Shown here: positions 1 through 9,529 of the stretch, piece by piece
How positions within the stretch are numbered: position 1 is the first letter of the stretch
How the letters are laid out: every line of letters begins with the position of its first letter
Assembly: GCA_965215605.1 (NCBI GenBank)
Contig: OZ244070.1
Span: 928,001 to 992,000, forward strand
Length of the DNA: 64,000 bases
Direction of reading: 5' to 3'
From: an uncultured Candidatus Binatia bacterium
Lineage (GTDB): Bacteria; Desulfobacterota; Binatia; UBA9968; JAJDTQ01
Program-made: the position numbers and the translations under genes
The notes under the pieces: generated by a model
Told to the model about the DNA's origin: nothing
Seen by the model: only the letters and a program-made list of their open reading frames with translations
The model's database searches: none

Positions 1-414
1 GCGGCCGGCACCGGCATGGGGATGACCAACGTCACCGCGCTGGTGGCCGCCCAGGGCGCGGTGCCGTTCAGGAATCTCGGAGTCGCCACCTCCACGGTCA
101 TGCTCTTCCGCACCATCGGCGGCGCCCTCATCCTGAGCATCATGGGCAGCATCCTGCTGCAACGCATGAACGCCACCTTCACCGTCATCGCCGCGGACCT
201 GAAGGCCTCGGTGCCGGAATCGGTGCTCCAGAAGCTCCTGAACCCGCAAAACCTCCTCGATCCTGCCACCCGCGCGCAGATACCTGCCGATATCATGCCC
301 ACGCTCATCGGCGCCCTCGTGAACGCGCTATGGTGGGCTTTCCTGGTGGGCCTGGCGGCGACGGTGGCGGGACTGGTTCTGAGTTGCTTCCTGGAAGGCA
401 AGCGTTCCGCGTGA
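1..414 (+). CDS. MDR/EmrB-QacA-type MFS transporter, C-terminal part (runs off window start)
   Basis: LGVATSTVMLFRTIGGAL motif, periplasmic loop and final TM helix typical of DHA2 MFS C-termini. Confidence 0.8.
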   Translation, partial: AAGTGMGMTNVTALVAAQGAVPFRNLGVATSTVMLFRTIGGALILSIMGSILLQRMNATFTVIAADLKASVPESVLQKLLNPQNLLDPATRAQIPADIMPTLIGALVNALWWAFLVGLAATVAGLVLSCFLEGKRSA

Positions 415-453
415 AACCGGCAATGCGGAACGGGTTTTGATCCGCGGCCGCTC

Positions 454-978
454 CTAGTCCTGCGCCGCGAGCAGTTCCTCCAACGCATAGAGTGTCCTTT
501 GTGGGAACTGTTCCAGCGGGTAGTAGCGCGTCACCATATCCAGCGCCGTCCGATAGTCGGTCAGATTCAGGTAGCGGAGAAGAAACCGCACATCGGCTTC
601 GTCGTGGAATTCCTCGCCGAGGCGCATCGCCAAGCACTTCATCGCCAGCAAATACTCGGGAGCGGCCGTCAGCACGCGCAGGTTGGACGCCTCCAGATAC
701 GGATCGAAATCGCCCTTGGGACTCAGGTAGCCCTTGACCGCGTCATTGAGCCAATCAGGGGACATCCCGGACGAGGCGGCAATGCGTTGAGCGGCTTGGC
801 GTACTTCCCTCGCCGGCCTGAAAAAAGCATCGATATCCTTGGTGGACCGGCGGGCATCGAATACCAGACACATGACCGCGCCGCCAACGAGGTACACCTC
901 CCCCGTGATTCCGTTGCGGAAAAGTTCCTGATTGAGGCGCTGGAACAGCCGTTCGATGTCGCGTCTGGAATACTGCAT
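454..978 (-). CDS. DUF6036 / AbiEii-like nucleotidyltransferase
   Basis: VGGAVM...RRSTKDID nucleotidyltransferase motif, WLNDAVKGY, LLAMK; ATG at 978 overlaps upstream stop (TGATG). Confidence 0.8.
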   Translation of the reverse strand: MQYSRRDIERLFQRLNQELFRNGITGEVYLVGGAVMCLVFDARRSTKDIDAFFRPAREVRQAAQRIAASSGMSPDWLNDAVKGYLSPKGDFDPYLEASNLRVLTAAPEYLLAMKCLAMRLGEEFHDEADVRFLLRYLNLTDYRTALDMVTRYYPLEQFPQRTLYALEELLAAQD

Positions 979-1469
979 CAGACCCGCTGCCCAACGCTGC
1001 TGTCGACGAACAGATTCCGCCGCCGGAACGGAGCCGGCGAATTGGTCAAGAGATGCAGCCGTAAGCTCTTCAACGACGAGGCAAACCACGGCCGTTCCAA
1101 CGCCGGCACCGCCCGGGTCCAACCCGGCGGCAGGACTCTCTTCGACATGGCCGCGTGTTCGATCATCGCTGCCAGGTAGCCCGCTTCAAACGCGGGAAGG
1201 CGTGTTTCCGGCGAATGTTCGACCGCGCGCTTGAACTCCTCTCCGTTCAGCCCGCCGAGAAGGTCGTGCAACTCGGCGAATATGTACGAGCGCTGGTTGG
1301 AGCGCGTCACAAGCTCCATGCACAGAGCCTGAAATTCACGTTCGACCGGCGGCAGCACGAGGTTGAGCACCCAATTGGACACGTCCATTCCCGCGTTTGC
1401 CGCGCGTTCCTGAATACGCGCCTTGTCTTCCGCGCTAATGCGGATCTGAAGCTGCCGGTTCTTGCTCAC
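978..1469 (-). CDS. RHH-type DNA-binding protein, putative antitoxin partner of the nucleotidyltransferase
   Basis: N-terminal QLQIRISAEDKARIQERAANAGMDVSNWVL ribbon-helix-helix pattern; translationally coupled to downstream gene; start GTG 1469 (alternative ATG 1478). Confidence 0.7.
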   Translation of the reverse strand: MSKNRQLQIRISAEDKARIQERAANAGMDVSNWVLNLVLPPVEREFQALCMELVTRSNQRSYIFAELHDLLGGLNGEEFKRAVEHSPETRLPAFEAGYLAAMIEHAAMSKRVLPPGWTRAVPALERPWFASSLKSLRLHLLTNSPAPFRRRNLFVDSSVGQRV

Positions 1470-1476
1470 GGAGAAC

Positions 1477-1520
1477 ATGATAAGGGCAAGCCAAGAAGGT
1501 GTCAATACGCTGTATTGACA
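1477..1520 (-). promoter_or_regulatory. Sigma70 promoter (TTGACA-17-TATCAT) overlapped by a 9-bp inverted repeat operator
   Basis: -35 at 1505-1500, -10 at 1482-1477 on minus; TGTCAATAC-GCT-GTATTGACA at 1500-1520. Confidence 0.7.
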
Positions 1521-1622
1521 TAGGTGACAACGTGGCCCGATTCCACGTTGACGTTCCCCAGGCTCTTGGCTATGCTTCACGCAGCCAGTCACCCAACTCG
1601 AAACGCCAGACCGGAGGAGCCA

Positions 1623-2417
1623 GTGACAACGACGCCCGCCTTCACCGAAGAGACCCTCGACATAGCCGGAACATCGCTGCAATTGCGGCGCGGCGGCTCC
1701 GGTGCGCCGCTGCTGATCCTCCACGGCGAGTTGGGCGTACCCGACTGGCTGCGGACCCACGAGCTTCTGGCCGGGCACTACTCGGTGTACGTTCCGTCCC
1801 TGCCGGGCTTCGGCTCCTCGTCTTTTCCGGATTGGCTGATGTCGGTGCGGGACCTGTCCGCCTGGGTCAGCTGGTTCGTACGGGACTACGGCCTGTCGAC
1901 TCCGCTCAACGTCATCGGCTTTTCCCTGGGAGGCTGGATCGCCGCCGAGCTTGCGACCGCCAACAGCCACATCTTCTCGAAAATGGTTCTGGCGGGAGCG
2001 GCCGGCATCAAGCCTCGGGAGGGGGAGATCTGGGACTACTTCCTGCACTCCGCCAAGGACGCATTCCAGCAGTCCTTCCACGACCGCGAATCGGCCGAAT
2101 ACCTGAAATACTACGGCAAGGACTGGTCTCCGGACGAGGCCGACCAGGTAGAGAACAACCGGGAGGCGGCCATCCGCTACCTCTGGCGTCCCTACATGCA
2201 CAGCATCACGTTGCCGGACCTCCTCCCGGCCATCGCGACCCCGACCCTGCTCGTATGGGGCGGGCGGGACGGCATCGTCCCCATCAGCAGTTGCGAGCTC
2301 TACAAGCAAGGAATACCGGGCGCGCAGGCCGCGGTCCTGGAGAACTGCGGACACATGCCCGAGATGGAGAAACCGGAAGAGTTCACCAAGACGGTCCTTG
2401 AATTCCTGGGAGGTTGA
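1623..2417 (+). CDS. Alpha/beta fold hydrolase
   Basis: ILHGE, GFSLGG nucleophile elbow, GHMP; GGAGGAG RBS before GTG 1623. Confidence 0.88.
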   Translation: MTTTPAFTEETLDIAGTSLQLRRGGSGAPLLILHGELGVPDWLRTHELLAGHYSVYVPSLPGFGSSSFPDWLMSVRDLSAWVSWFVRDYGLSTPLNVIGFSLGGWIAAELATANSHIFSKMVLAGAAGIKPREGEIWDYFLHSAKDAFQQSFHDRESAEYLKYYGKDWSPDEADQVENNREAAIRYLWRPYMHSITLPDLLPAIATPTLLVWGGRDGIVPISSCELYKQGIPGAQAAVLENCGHMPEMEKPEEFTKTVLEFLGG

Positions 2418-2422
2418 TATCG

Positions 2423-3658
2423 ATGTTCATAGGCCATTTTACGGAGCAACCCTGGCAGAAGGAAGACTGGCCCGCGGCCTGGGGGTCCGGTGTCATGGAG
2501 GTGAGCAACAGCGAGTACGACCCCTTTCGTGCTTCCGGCCTCTACAACCGCTACCTGGACGAAAAGGTCTACGCCGAGGAGATGGGCTTCGACGGGATCA
2601 TGGTCAACGAGCACCACAGCGCCCCGTTCTGCATGAACAGCGTGGCCAACGTGACCTCCTCCATTCTCGCGCGCATCACCAACAAGGCCAAGATCCTGAT
2701 CCTCGGCAACATTCTGCCCATCCACGACGATCCCCTGTGGCTGGCCGAGCAGATCGCGATGATCGACGTGATTTCCAAGGGCCGCCTGATCCCCGGCGTG
2801 GTGCGCGGCGGCGGCAGCGAGAGCCTGACGCACAACGTGCCCCCGCACTTCAACCGCGAGCGTTTCGAAGAGGCCCATGACTTCCTCGTCAAGACATGGA
2901 CCACCCCCGGCCCGTTCCGCTGGGAGGGCAAGCACTTCCACTACCGGTACGTGAACCCCTGGGCGGTGCCGTTGCAGAAGCCCTATCCGCCCATCTGGGT
3001 GCCCGGCACTTCCAGCCGGGAGACCGTGGAGTGGGCGGCCCGCCATCGTTATCCCTACATCATGCTGGCCAGCCAGATCGATCTGACCCAGCAGATGTAC
3101 AAGATCTACCATGACACCGCCCGGGAAGAGGGCTACGAAGCCGGGTCCCAGCATCTCGGCTTCATGTTCTTCTTTCACGTGGAGGAAACGGAAAAACGGG
3201 CCATGGAGGTGGGCCGGACCCTGACCCAGGGCGTGCGGAGCCCCTACGATCCCGGTGCGCAGAGGCCGCGGCCCTATATCGCGGGCCCGCCGGGAATCGC
3301 CACCCGCAGCGCCCGGGCGCTGCGGCGCAAGATGACGGCCGCGGACTCGTCCGGCCGCACCCGCGCGGGAGCGAGGGCGACCTTCGAAGACCAGGTGGCC
3401 ACCCACGGCATGGTCGTCGGCACGCCCGACAGCGTCATCCCCAAGGTGCGCTACATCATGGAGCAACTGCGGCCGGGAACCATCATCTTCCGCACCGGCG
3501 ACGGCGCCATGGACCACGAGTCGCAGATGCGCACCCTCAAGCTCATGGGCGAGGAGGTCATGCCCAAGCTTCGGGAGATCGCCGACGAGCTGGGACTCCC
3601 CGGTCCTTACGATATCGACCCGAGGACCAACGAGCCGCTGGCCGCCATGGCTTCATAG
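2423..3658 (+). CDS. LLM class flavin-dependent oxidoreductase (copy 1)
   Basis: GFDGIMVNEHH, LAEQIAMIDVISKGRL, PLQKPYPPIW motifs. Confidence 0.92.
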   Translation: MFIGHFTEQPWQKEDWPAAWGSGVMEVSNSEYDPFRASGLYNRYLDEKVYAEEMGFDGIMVNEHHSAPFCMNSVANVTSSILARITNKAKILILGNILPIHDDPLWLAEQIAMIDVISKGRLIPGVVRGGGSESLTHNVPPHFNRERFEEAHDFLVKTWTTPGPFRWEGKHFHYRYVNPWAVPLQKPYPPIWVPGTSSRETVEWAARHRYPYIMLASQIDLTQQMYKIYHDTAREEGYEAGSQHLGFMFFFHVEETEKRAMEVGRTLTQGVRSPYDPGAQRPRPYIAGPPGIATRSARALRRKMTAADSSGRTRAGARATFEDQVATHGMVVGTPDSVIPKVRYIMEQLRPGTIIFRTGDGAMDHESQMRTLKLMGEEVMPKLREIADELGLPGPYDIDPRTNEPLAAMAS

Positions 3659-3704
3659 ACAGATCCTATGGGCCTGCGCCAGGTCACAGGCCGGGAGGTA
3701 ACTC

Positions 3705-4940
3705 ATGTTCATCGGCCACTTCACCGAAGAGCCCTGGCAGGTAGACAACTGGCCCGAGGAATGGGGCACCGGCATCCACAAGGTCAGCAACGCCGAGTAC
3801 GACCCCAAGCGCGCCGCCAACCTGTACAACCGCTACCTTGACGAGAAGGTCTACGCCGAGGAGGTGGGTTTCGACGGGCTGATGGTCAACGAGCACCACA
3901 GCGCGCCCTTCTGCATGAACGGCGTCGCCAACGTGCAGGCTTCGATCCTCGCCCGCATCACCAGCAAAGTGAAGATCCTGCTGCTCGGCAACATCCTGCC
4001 CATCCACGATGACCCGCTGTGGCTGGCCGAGCAGCTCGCCATGATCGACGTCATCTCCCGCGGCCGGCTGATTCCGGGGATCGTGCGCGGCTCCGGCGGC
4101 GAGAGCATCAGCCACAACATCCCGCCCCACTACAACCGCGAGCGCTTCGAGGAGGCCCACGACTTCCTCATCAAGACCTGGACCACCCCCGGCCCCTTTC
4201 GCTGGGAGGGCAAGCACTTCCACTACCGGTATGTGAACCCCTGGGCGGTCCCGTATCAGAAGCCTCACCCGCCCATCTGGGTGCCCGGCACTTCCAGCCG
4301 GGAGACCGTGGAGTGGTGCGCCCGGCACCGCTATCCCTACGTCATGCTCTCGACGCAACTCGAACTCACCCGAGAGATGTACAAAGTCTACTACGAGACG
4401 GCGGAGGAGGAAGGCTATGCGGCCGGTCCGCAGCACATGGGCTACATGTTCTTCGTGCACGTGGAGGAGACGAAGGCCAGGGCCATGGAGGTCGGGCGCA
4501 CCCTGACCCAGGGCGTCCGTAGCCCCTTCGACCCCGGCGTCCAGAGGCCCATTCCGTGGATCATGAGCCCTCCGGGCCTGAACACCCGGACGGCGGTGGC
4601 CCTGCGCCGCCAGATGGTGGCCCCCGACGCCAAGGGACGTACGCGGGCCGGCGCGCTGGCCTCTTTCGAGGACCAGGTGGCCACCCGGGGGATGATCGTG
4701 GGCACCCCCGAGCAGTGCGTCGAGGACATCCGCTACATCATGGAGTACCTGCGGCCGGGCATCATCATCTTCCGCACCGGGGACGGCGCCATGGACCACG
4801 AATCGCAGATGCGCACCCTCAAGCTCATGGGCGAAGAGGTCCTGCCCGCCATGCGCGACATCGCCAAGGAGCTGGACCTGCCCGGGCCTTACGAAGTGAA
4901 CCCCGCCACCAATGAGGCGGTGGCGGCGTTGGCGTCCTGA
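3705..4940 (+). CDS. LLM class flavin-dependent oxidoreductase (copy 2, tandem paralog)
   Basis: Same motifs, long stretches identical to upstream copy; GGAGG RBS. Confidence 0.92.
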   Translation: MFIGHFTEEPWQVDNWPEEWGTGIHKVSNAEYDPKRAANLYNRYLDEKVYAEEVGFDGLMVNEHHSAPFCMNGVANVQASILARITSKVKILLLGNILPIHDDPLWLAEQLAMIDVISRGRLIPGIVRGSGGESISHNIPPHYNRERFEEAHDFLIKTWTTPGPFRWEGKHFHYRYVNPWAVPYQKPHPPIWVPGTSSRETVEWCARHRYPYVMLSTQLELTREMYKVYYETAEEEGYAAGPQHMGYMFFVHVEETKARAMEVGRTLTQGVRSPFDPGVQRPIPWIMSPPGLNTRTAVALRRQMVAPDAKGRTRAGALASFEDQVATRGMIVGTPEQCVEDIRYIMEYLRPGIIIFRTGDGAMDHESQMRTLKLMGEEVLPAMRDIAKELDLPGPYEVNPATNEAVAALAS

Positions 4941-5046
4941 GGCACGACCGCCATGTTGCGTGGAACTGGCGTGGGATGGAAAGATCTCCATCCCCGAGGC
5001 TGAGACAACTCGACGGCTCTTCTCGCTGACAGCAGACCGCCCTCGC

Positions 5047-5526
5047 TCATGACGTGAAGTCTGTCTCGTACAGGTCGTAGTGCGACTTGTGCATGCCCAG
5101 ACTGTCGTAAGTCTGCTGGGCGCTGGTGTTCGTGCGCTCCACATAGAGCCGTATGCCGCAGACGTCGCCGCGGGCGCCCGCGAGGCTCAACACTTGGCCG
5201 TACATGGCGCGATAGACGCTCCGACGCCGCCAGCCGGCATCGACGAAAACGCTCTGGATCCACCAGAAGGTGGCGTTGCGCCAATCGCTCCACTCATAGG
5301 TGATGAGCAGGCTTCCGACGACCGGGCCGGTGCCGCCTTCGGCGGCGCCGGCAACGGCTACCAGGTAAAAGCCCTTCTGCGGCGCATCGAACACGGCGGC
5401 TATGCCCTGCAGCAACGTTGCCGCATCCAGCGTCTTGCCTTCCGTCTCCAGTGCCATCGCCTGCTGGAACGCTGCGATACGCTCTGCGTCTGCCAAGGTT
5501 GCATTCCGCACGCGTAGGTTGGTCAT
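5047..5526 (-). CDS. GNAT family N-acetyltransferase
   Basis: TYEWSDWRN, WIQSVFV..WRRR, IRLYVERTN..AQ.TY..LGM. Confidence 0.88.
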   Translation of the reverse strand: MTNLRVRNATLADAERIAAFQQAMALETEGKTLDAATLLQGIAAVFDAPQKGFYLVAVAGAAEGGTGPVVGSLLITYEWSDWRNATFWWIQSVFVDAGWRRRSVYRAMYGQVLSLAGARGDVCGIRLYVERTNTSAQQTYDSLGMHKSHYDLYETDFTS

Positions 5527-5539
5527 GGCTTTTGACCCC

Positions 5540-6202
5540 TCAATCCGCCTCCAACAGCGGCGCCAGCACGGCCCAGACATTGTCCAGCAGCAGCGGCTGC
5601 GCCCGGGCGCTGGGATGGATGCCGTCCCGCTGCATCATCTCCTCGTCGGTGGCGAACCCTTCGAGCAGGAACGGCACCAGCGCGGCGCCGGTCTCGGCCG
5701 CTACGTCCGGGTACATCCCGCGGAACGCTTCCGTGTAGCGCGGCCCCAGATTGGGCGGCATCTGCATGCCGGCCAGCACCGGCTTTGCGCCGGCGGCGAG
5801 GACGGCCTCGGTCATGGCCAGCAGGTTGGCGCGGATGGAGGTTACCGGGTAGCCGCGCAGGCCGTCGTTTCCGCCCAGCTCGATGATGACGATATCGGGT
5901 CTGTGGACCGCCATCGTCTTGGGCAGGCGGGCCAGCCCGCCCACGGTGGTGTCGCCGCTGATGCTGGCGTTGACCACGTGATGGCGCGGGCCCAATCGCT
6001 GCCGCAGCAATTGCACCCAGCCGGGCTCGCCGTTCTCGGTTTGAAGTCCGTACGCGGCGCTGATACTGTCGCCTATGACCAAGACGGTCTTGCCGGCATC
6101 CGCCGCCGGCTGGCCGCCCGCGGCGAGGGCCGCCAGGACCAGCAAGCTCCGCAACCACCTTTTCCGGGAAACCCGCCGCCGTCTAATCTGGAAGCGCTTC
6201 AT
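5540..6202 (-). CDS. tesA: Arylesterase / acyl-CoA thioesterase I (SGNH hydrolase) with signal peptide
   Basis: GDSIS, NASISGDTT, ELGGNDGLRG, DGIHP; divergent from ybbA-ybbP; start uncertain. Confidence 0.88.
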   Translation of the reverse strand: MKRFQIRRRRVSRKRWLRSLLVLAALAAGGQPAADAGKTVLVIGDSISAAYGLQTENGEPGWVQLLRQRLGPRHHVVNASISGDTTVGGLARLPKTMAVHRPDIVIIELGGNDGLRGYPVTSIRANLLAMTEAVLAAGAKPVLAGMQMPPNLGPRYTEAFRGMYPDVAAETGAALVPFLLEGFATDEEMMQRDGIHPSARAQPLLLDNVWAVLAPLLEAD

Positions 6203-6218
6203 GTCGGGATACAGCCTC

Positions 6219-6908
6219 ATGCCGGAATGCATATTGCGAGCCAGCGCCGTGGTCAAGCGGGTACCCACCGCCGAGGGTGAGCTGACCATCCTGGACAGCA
6301 TCGATCTCGCCGTCGACGCCGGCGCGCGGGTAGCGGTGGTGGGTGAATCCGGCTCCGGCAAGACCACCCTGTTGAGCATCCTCGCGGGCCTCGATCTTCC
6401 CACCAGCGGGGGCGTGTGGCTCGACGGCGACGAGATCACCGCGCTGGACGAAGAGCAGCGCGCCCGCGTGCGCGCGCGTTGCGTGGGCTTCGTGTTCCAG
6501 TCCTTTCAACTCATCGACAGCCTGACCGCGCTGGAGAACGTGATGCTGCCCTTGGAGCTGCGCGGCGAACGGCGCGCGCGCGACGAGGCCAGGGATTTCC
6601 TGGAACGCGTGGGCCTCTCCGCGCGGACCACACACTACCCGCGCCAACTGTCAGGCGGGGAGCAGCAACGCGTGGCCATCGCGCGCGCGTTCGCATCCGG
6701 CCCGAAGGTGCTGTTCGTGGACGAGCCCACCGGCAACCTCGACACCGCCACCGGCGCCAGGATCGTAGAACTGCTGTTCGATCTGAACCAGGAGGCGGGG
6801 ACCACGCTGGTCATGGTGACCCACGATGCCGCCCTCGCCGGCCGGTGCGCCGACGTCGTCACCCTGCACGCCGGCCGCATGCGGCTTCCGGGGGAGCCCG
6901 CGCCATGA
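6219..6908 (+). CDS. ybbA: ABC transporter ATP-binding protein
   Basis: Walker A GESGSGKT, LSGGEQQR, DEPTGNLD; synteny with tesA and ybbP. Confidence 0.88.
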   Translation: MPECILRASAVVKRVPTAEGELTILDSIDLAVDAGARVAVVGESGSGKTTLLSILAGLDLPTSGGVWLDGDEITALDEEQRARVRARCVGFVFQSFQLIDSLTALENVMLPLELRGERRARDEARDFLERVGLSARTTHYPRQLSGGEQQRVAIARAFASGPKVLFVDEPTGNLDTATGARIVELLFDLNQEAGTTLVMVTHDAALAGRCADVVTLHAGRMRLPGEPAP

Positions 6909-9421
6909 CCCTGCGGCTGGCGCTGCGTTTCGCGGCGCGCGACTGGCGCGCCGGGGAGTTGCGCCTGCTGCTGGCGGCGCTGGTCCTGGCGGTGGGTGCG
7001 GTCACCGCCGTGAGCCTGTTCGTCGACCGCCTGCAGCGAGCGCTGGTGGCCGAGTCGGCGACGCTCCTGGGCGCCGACCGCGTCATCGATTCTTCGCGGG
7101 CGATCCCCCAACGTTTCCGCGAGCTCGCGGCCGCGCGCGGGCTCGCCCTGGCGGACCTGATCCGTTTTCCCTCCATGGTGTTCGCGGCCGGCTCGGACCG
7201 CAGCCTGCTCGCCAGTGTCAAGGCGGTGACCGATGGCTATCCCCTGCGCGGCAGCCTGCGGGTGGCGGACCAACCGTTCGCCGGCGGCCGGCGCGCCGAC
7301 GGGCTGCCCGCCCGCGGCGAAGTGTGGCTGGAGTCGCGCCTGTTCCCGGCGCTGGGCGTCAAGGTGGGGGACACGGTGTCCGTCGGCTATGCGCAGTTCA
7401 CCGTGGCGGCCGTACTGGCGTCGGAACCGGACCGCGGCGGCGGCTTCCTGGAATTCGCGCCACGTCTCCTGATGCGCGCCGAGGACGTGCCGGCCACCCG
7501 TGTGATACAGCCCGGCAGCCGGATCCGCTACCGCCTTCAGTTGGCGGGCGACGACGACGGGCTGCGGTCCCTCCACGGCGCCATCCGTGACGAGTTGGCC
7601 CCGGGCTACCGCTGGCGCGACGTCCGCGGCGCCAACGCCCGTATCCGCAACGCCCTGGAACGCTCCGAAAGCTTCCTGCTGCTGGGCGGCCTGCTGACCG
7701 TGCTCTTGGCGGGCGTTGCCGTGGCTCTGAGCGCCCATCGCTACGCACGAAGACACTACGACCACGTGGCGGTGCTGAAAACCCTGGGGGCCACCCCCGG
7801 GGAGATCCAGAGGGGCTATACCCTGGTGCTCCTGATCATCGGCGCCGCCGGCGCCGGCGCTGGCCTGGCCTTCGGCGGCCTGGCCCATCTCGGCATCATT
7901 GCGGCGCTCCGGGGATTTCTCCCGGTGTCGCTGCCGGCGCCGGGGGCCTGGCCGGCATGGATGGGGCTTTTGACCGGCTTCATCTGCGTGCTCGCCTTCG
8001 GCCTGCCGCCGCTGCTGGGCCTGCGCCGCGTTTCGCCCATGCGCGTCATCCGCCGGGACCTGGCGCCGGACGCGGCCTCGGCGATGACCTACGGCTTCGC
8101 CACTGCCGGCGGCGTGGGGCTCCTGATCTGGTATAGCGGAAATGCCGCCCTCACGGCCTGGGCGCTGGGGGGCGCCGTGGCGACGGTGGCCGTATTCGGC
8201 GGTCTCGCCCTGATGCTGCTGCGGGGGGGTCGCGCCGTGGGCATGCAGGCCGGCAGCGTCTGGCGGCTGGCCCTCGCCGGCCTGCATCGCCGCCATCGCG
8301 AGAACGTCGCGCAGGTGGTGATCTTCGGCGCCGCCATCATGCTGCTGCTCATCATGGTGCTGGTGCGCACGGCGCTGATCGACGAATGGCGGGCGCGGAT
8401 TCCGGAACGCGCCCCCAACCACTTCGTGATGAACGTGGCGCCGGCCGAGGCGGGTCCCGTGCAGGCCATGCTGGCGGCCCGCACCGGCTACGACGGCAGG
8501 CTGTTCCCCATGATCCGCGGACGGATCACCTCGGTGAACGGCATCGCGGCCGACGCGTGGGAACGGCGGCGGGGCGAGGGCCCGGACGGGCGGCCGGAAC
8601 GCGGAGGCCGGGGCCGTCCCGGAATCCGGCGCGAACGCAACCTGACGTTCCTGGCGGACGTGCCCGACCACAACGTGGTGGTGGACGGCGCTTGGTGGTC
8701 CGCCGGAGCCGCGCCCTCGGCATCGCTGGAGGAGGACTACGCGGCATCCCTCGGACTGGCGGTGGGCGACTCCCTGACCTTCGATGTCGGCGGCCTGCCG
8801 CTGACCGCCGCCGTCACCAATACCCGGCGCGTCCAGTGGGACAGCCTGCAGCCGAATTTCTTCATCATCCTGTCGCCGGGAGCCCTCGAAGGCCAGCCCG
8901 CCACCTACATGACCAGCTTCTACCTGCCGCCGGAGCGCAAGCCGTTCCTCAACGACCTGCTTTCGAACTACCCCACCGTATCGGTCATCGACGTCGACCA
9001 GATCATTGCGCACCTGCGCCGCATCATCGCGCGGGTCGCCCAGGCCGTGGAGCTGATGCTGGCGCTCGTTCTGTGCGCGGGGGTGCTGGTGTTGATCGCG
9101 TCCATCCAGTCGAGCCGGGACTCGCGGCTGAAGGAGCTGTCGCTGCTGCGCGCCCTGGGCGGGACTCGCCGGCGTATCACCGGCGCGCTGGTGATCGAGT
9201 TCGCGGCCCTCGGTCTATTCGCGGGCACCGTCGCCGTCATCGGCGCGGAGATCACGACCTTCATCCTCAACAGCCAGGTATTCGATCTCCCGACCAGATT
9301 GCACCCCCGCCTCTGGGCCGCGGGGCCGCTGTTCGGCATGCTGGTGGTCACCGCCGTCGGCTACCTCGGCACCCGCGGGCTCGTCCATGCGCCGCCGGCC
9401 ACGGTGCTGCGCGAGGTCTGA
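6905..9421 (+). CDS. ybbP: ABC transporter permease, duplicated FtsX-like
   Basis: RDWRAGEL N-terminus, VLKTLGA, APNHFVMN, WDSLQPNFF, LRALG; ATGA overlap with ybbA. Confidence 0.88.
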   Translation: MTLRLALRFAARDWRAGELRLLLAALVLAVGAVTAVSLFVDRLQRALVAESATLLGADRVIDSSRAIPQRFRELAAARGLALADLIRFPSMVFAAGSDRSLLASVKAVTDGYPLRGSLRVADQPFAGGRRADGLPARGEVWLESRLFPALGVKVGDTVSVGYAQFTVAAVLASEPDRGGGFLEFAPRLLMRAEDVPATRVIQPGSRIRYRLQLAGDDDGLRSLHGAIRDELAPGYRWRDVRGANARIRNALERSESFLLLGGLLTVLLAGVAVALSAHRYARRHYDHVAVLKTLGATPGEIQRGYTLVLLIIGAAGAGAGLAFGGLAHLGIIAALRGFLPVSLPAPGAWPAWMGLLTGFICVLAFGLPPLLGLRRVSPMRVIRRDLAPDAASAMTYGFATAGGVGLLIWYSGNAALTAWALGGAVATVAVFGGLALMLLRGGRAVGMQAGSVWRLALAGLHRRHRENVAQVVIFGAAIMLLLIMVLVRTALIDEWRARIPERAPNHFVMNVAPAEAGPVQAMLAARTGYDGRLFPMIRGRITSVNGIAADAWERRRGEGPDGRPERGGRGRPGIRRERNLTFLADVPDHNVVVDGAWWSAGAAPSASLEEDYAASLGLAVGDSLTFDVGGLPLTAAVTNTRRVQWDSLQPNFFIILSPGALEGQPATYMTSFYLPPERKPFLNDLLSNYPTVSVIDVDQIIAHLRRIIARVAQAVELMLALVLCAGVLVLIASIQSSRDSRLKELSLLRALGGTRRRITGALVIEFAALGLFAGTVAVIGAEITTFILNSQVFDLPTRLHPRLWAAGPLFGMLVVTAVGYLGTRGLVHAPPATVLREV

Positions 9422-9529
9422 CCGCCACTCCCGCGCGATCGATCCTGGCACGCGGCGGGGCGGGTTGCCGGTGTCGTGTCCGGCAAATTCCTGTGATAAG
9501 TTGCGCAGGATTTTTTTAGGAGTACGACC

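Noticed and set aside
1480-2354. Long N-terminal extension of ORF 978..2354
   Set aside because: Antisense shadow of the alpha/beta hydrolase; the real gene begins near 1469-1478 downstream of a clear promoter
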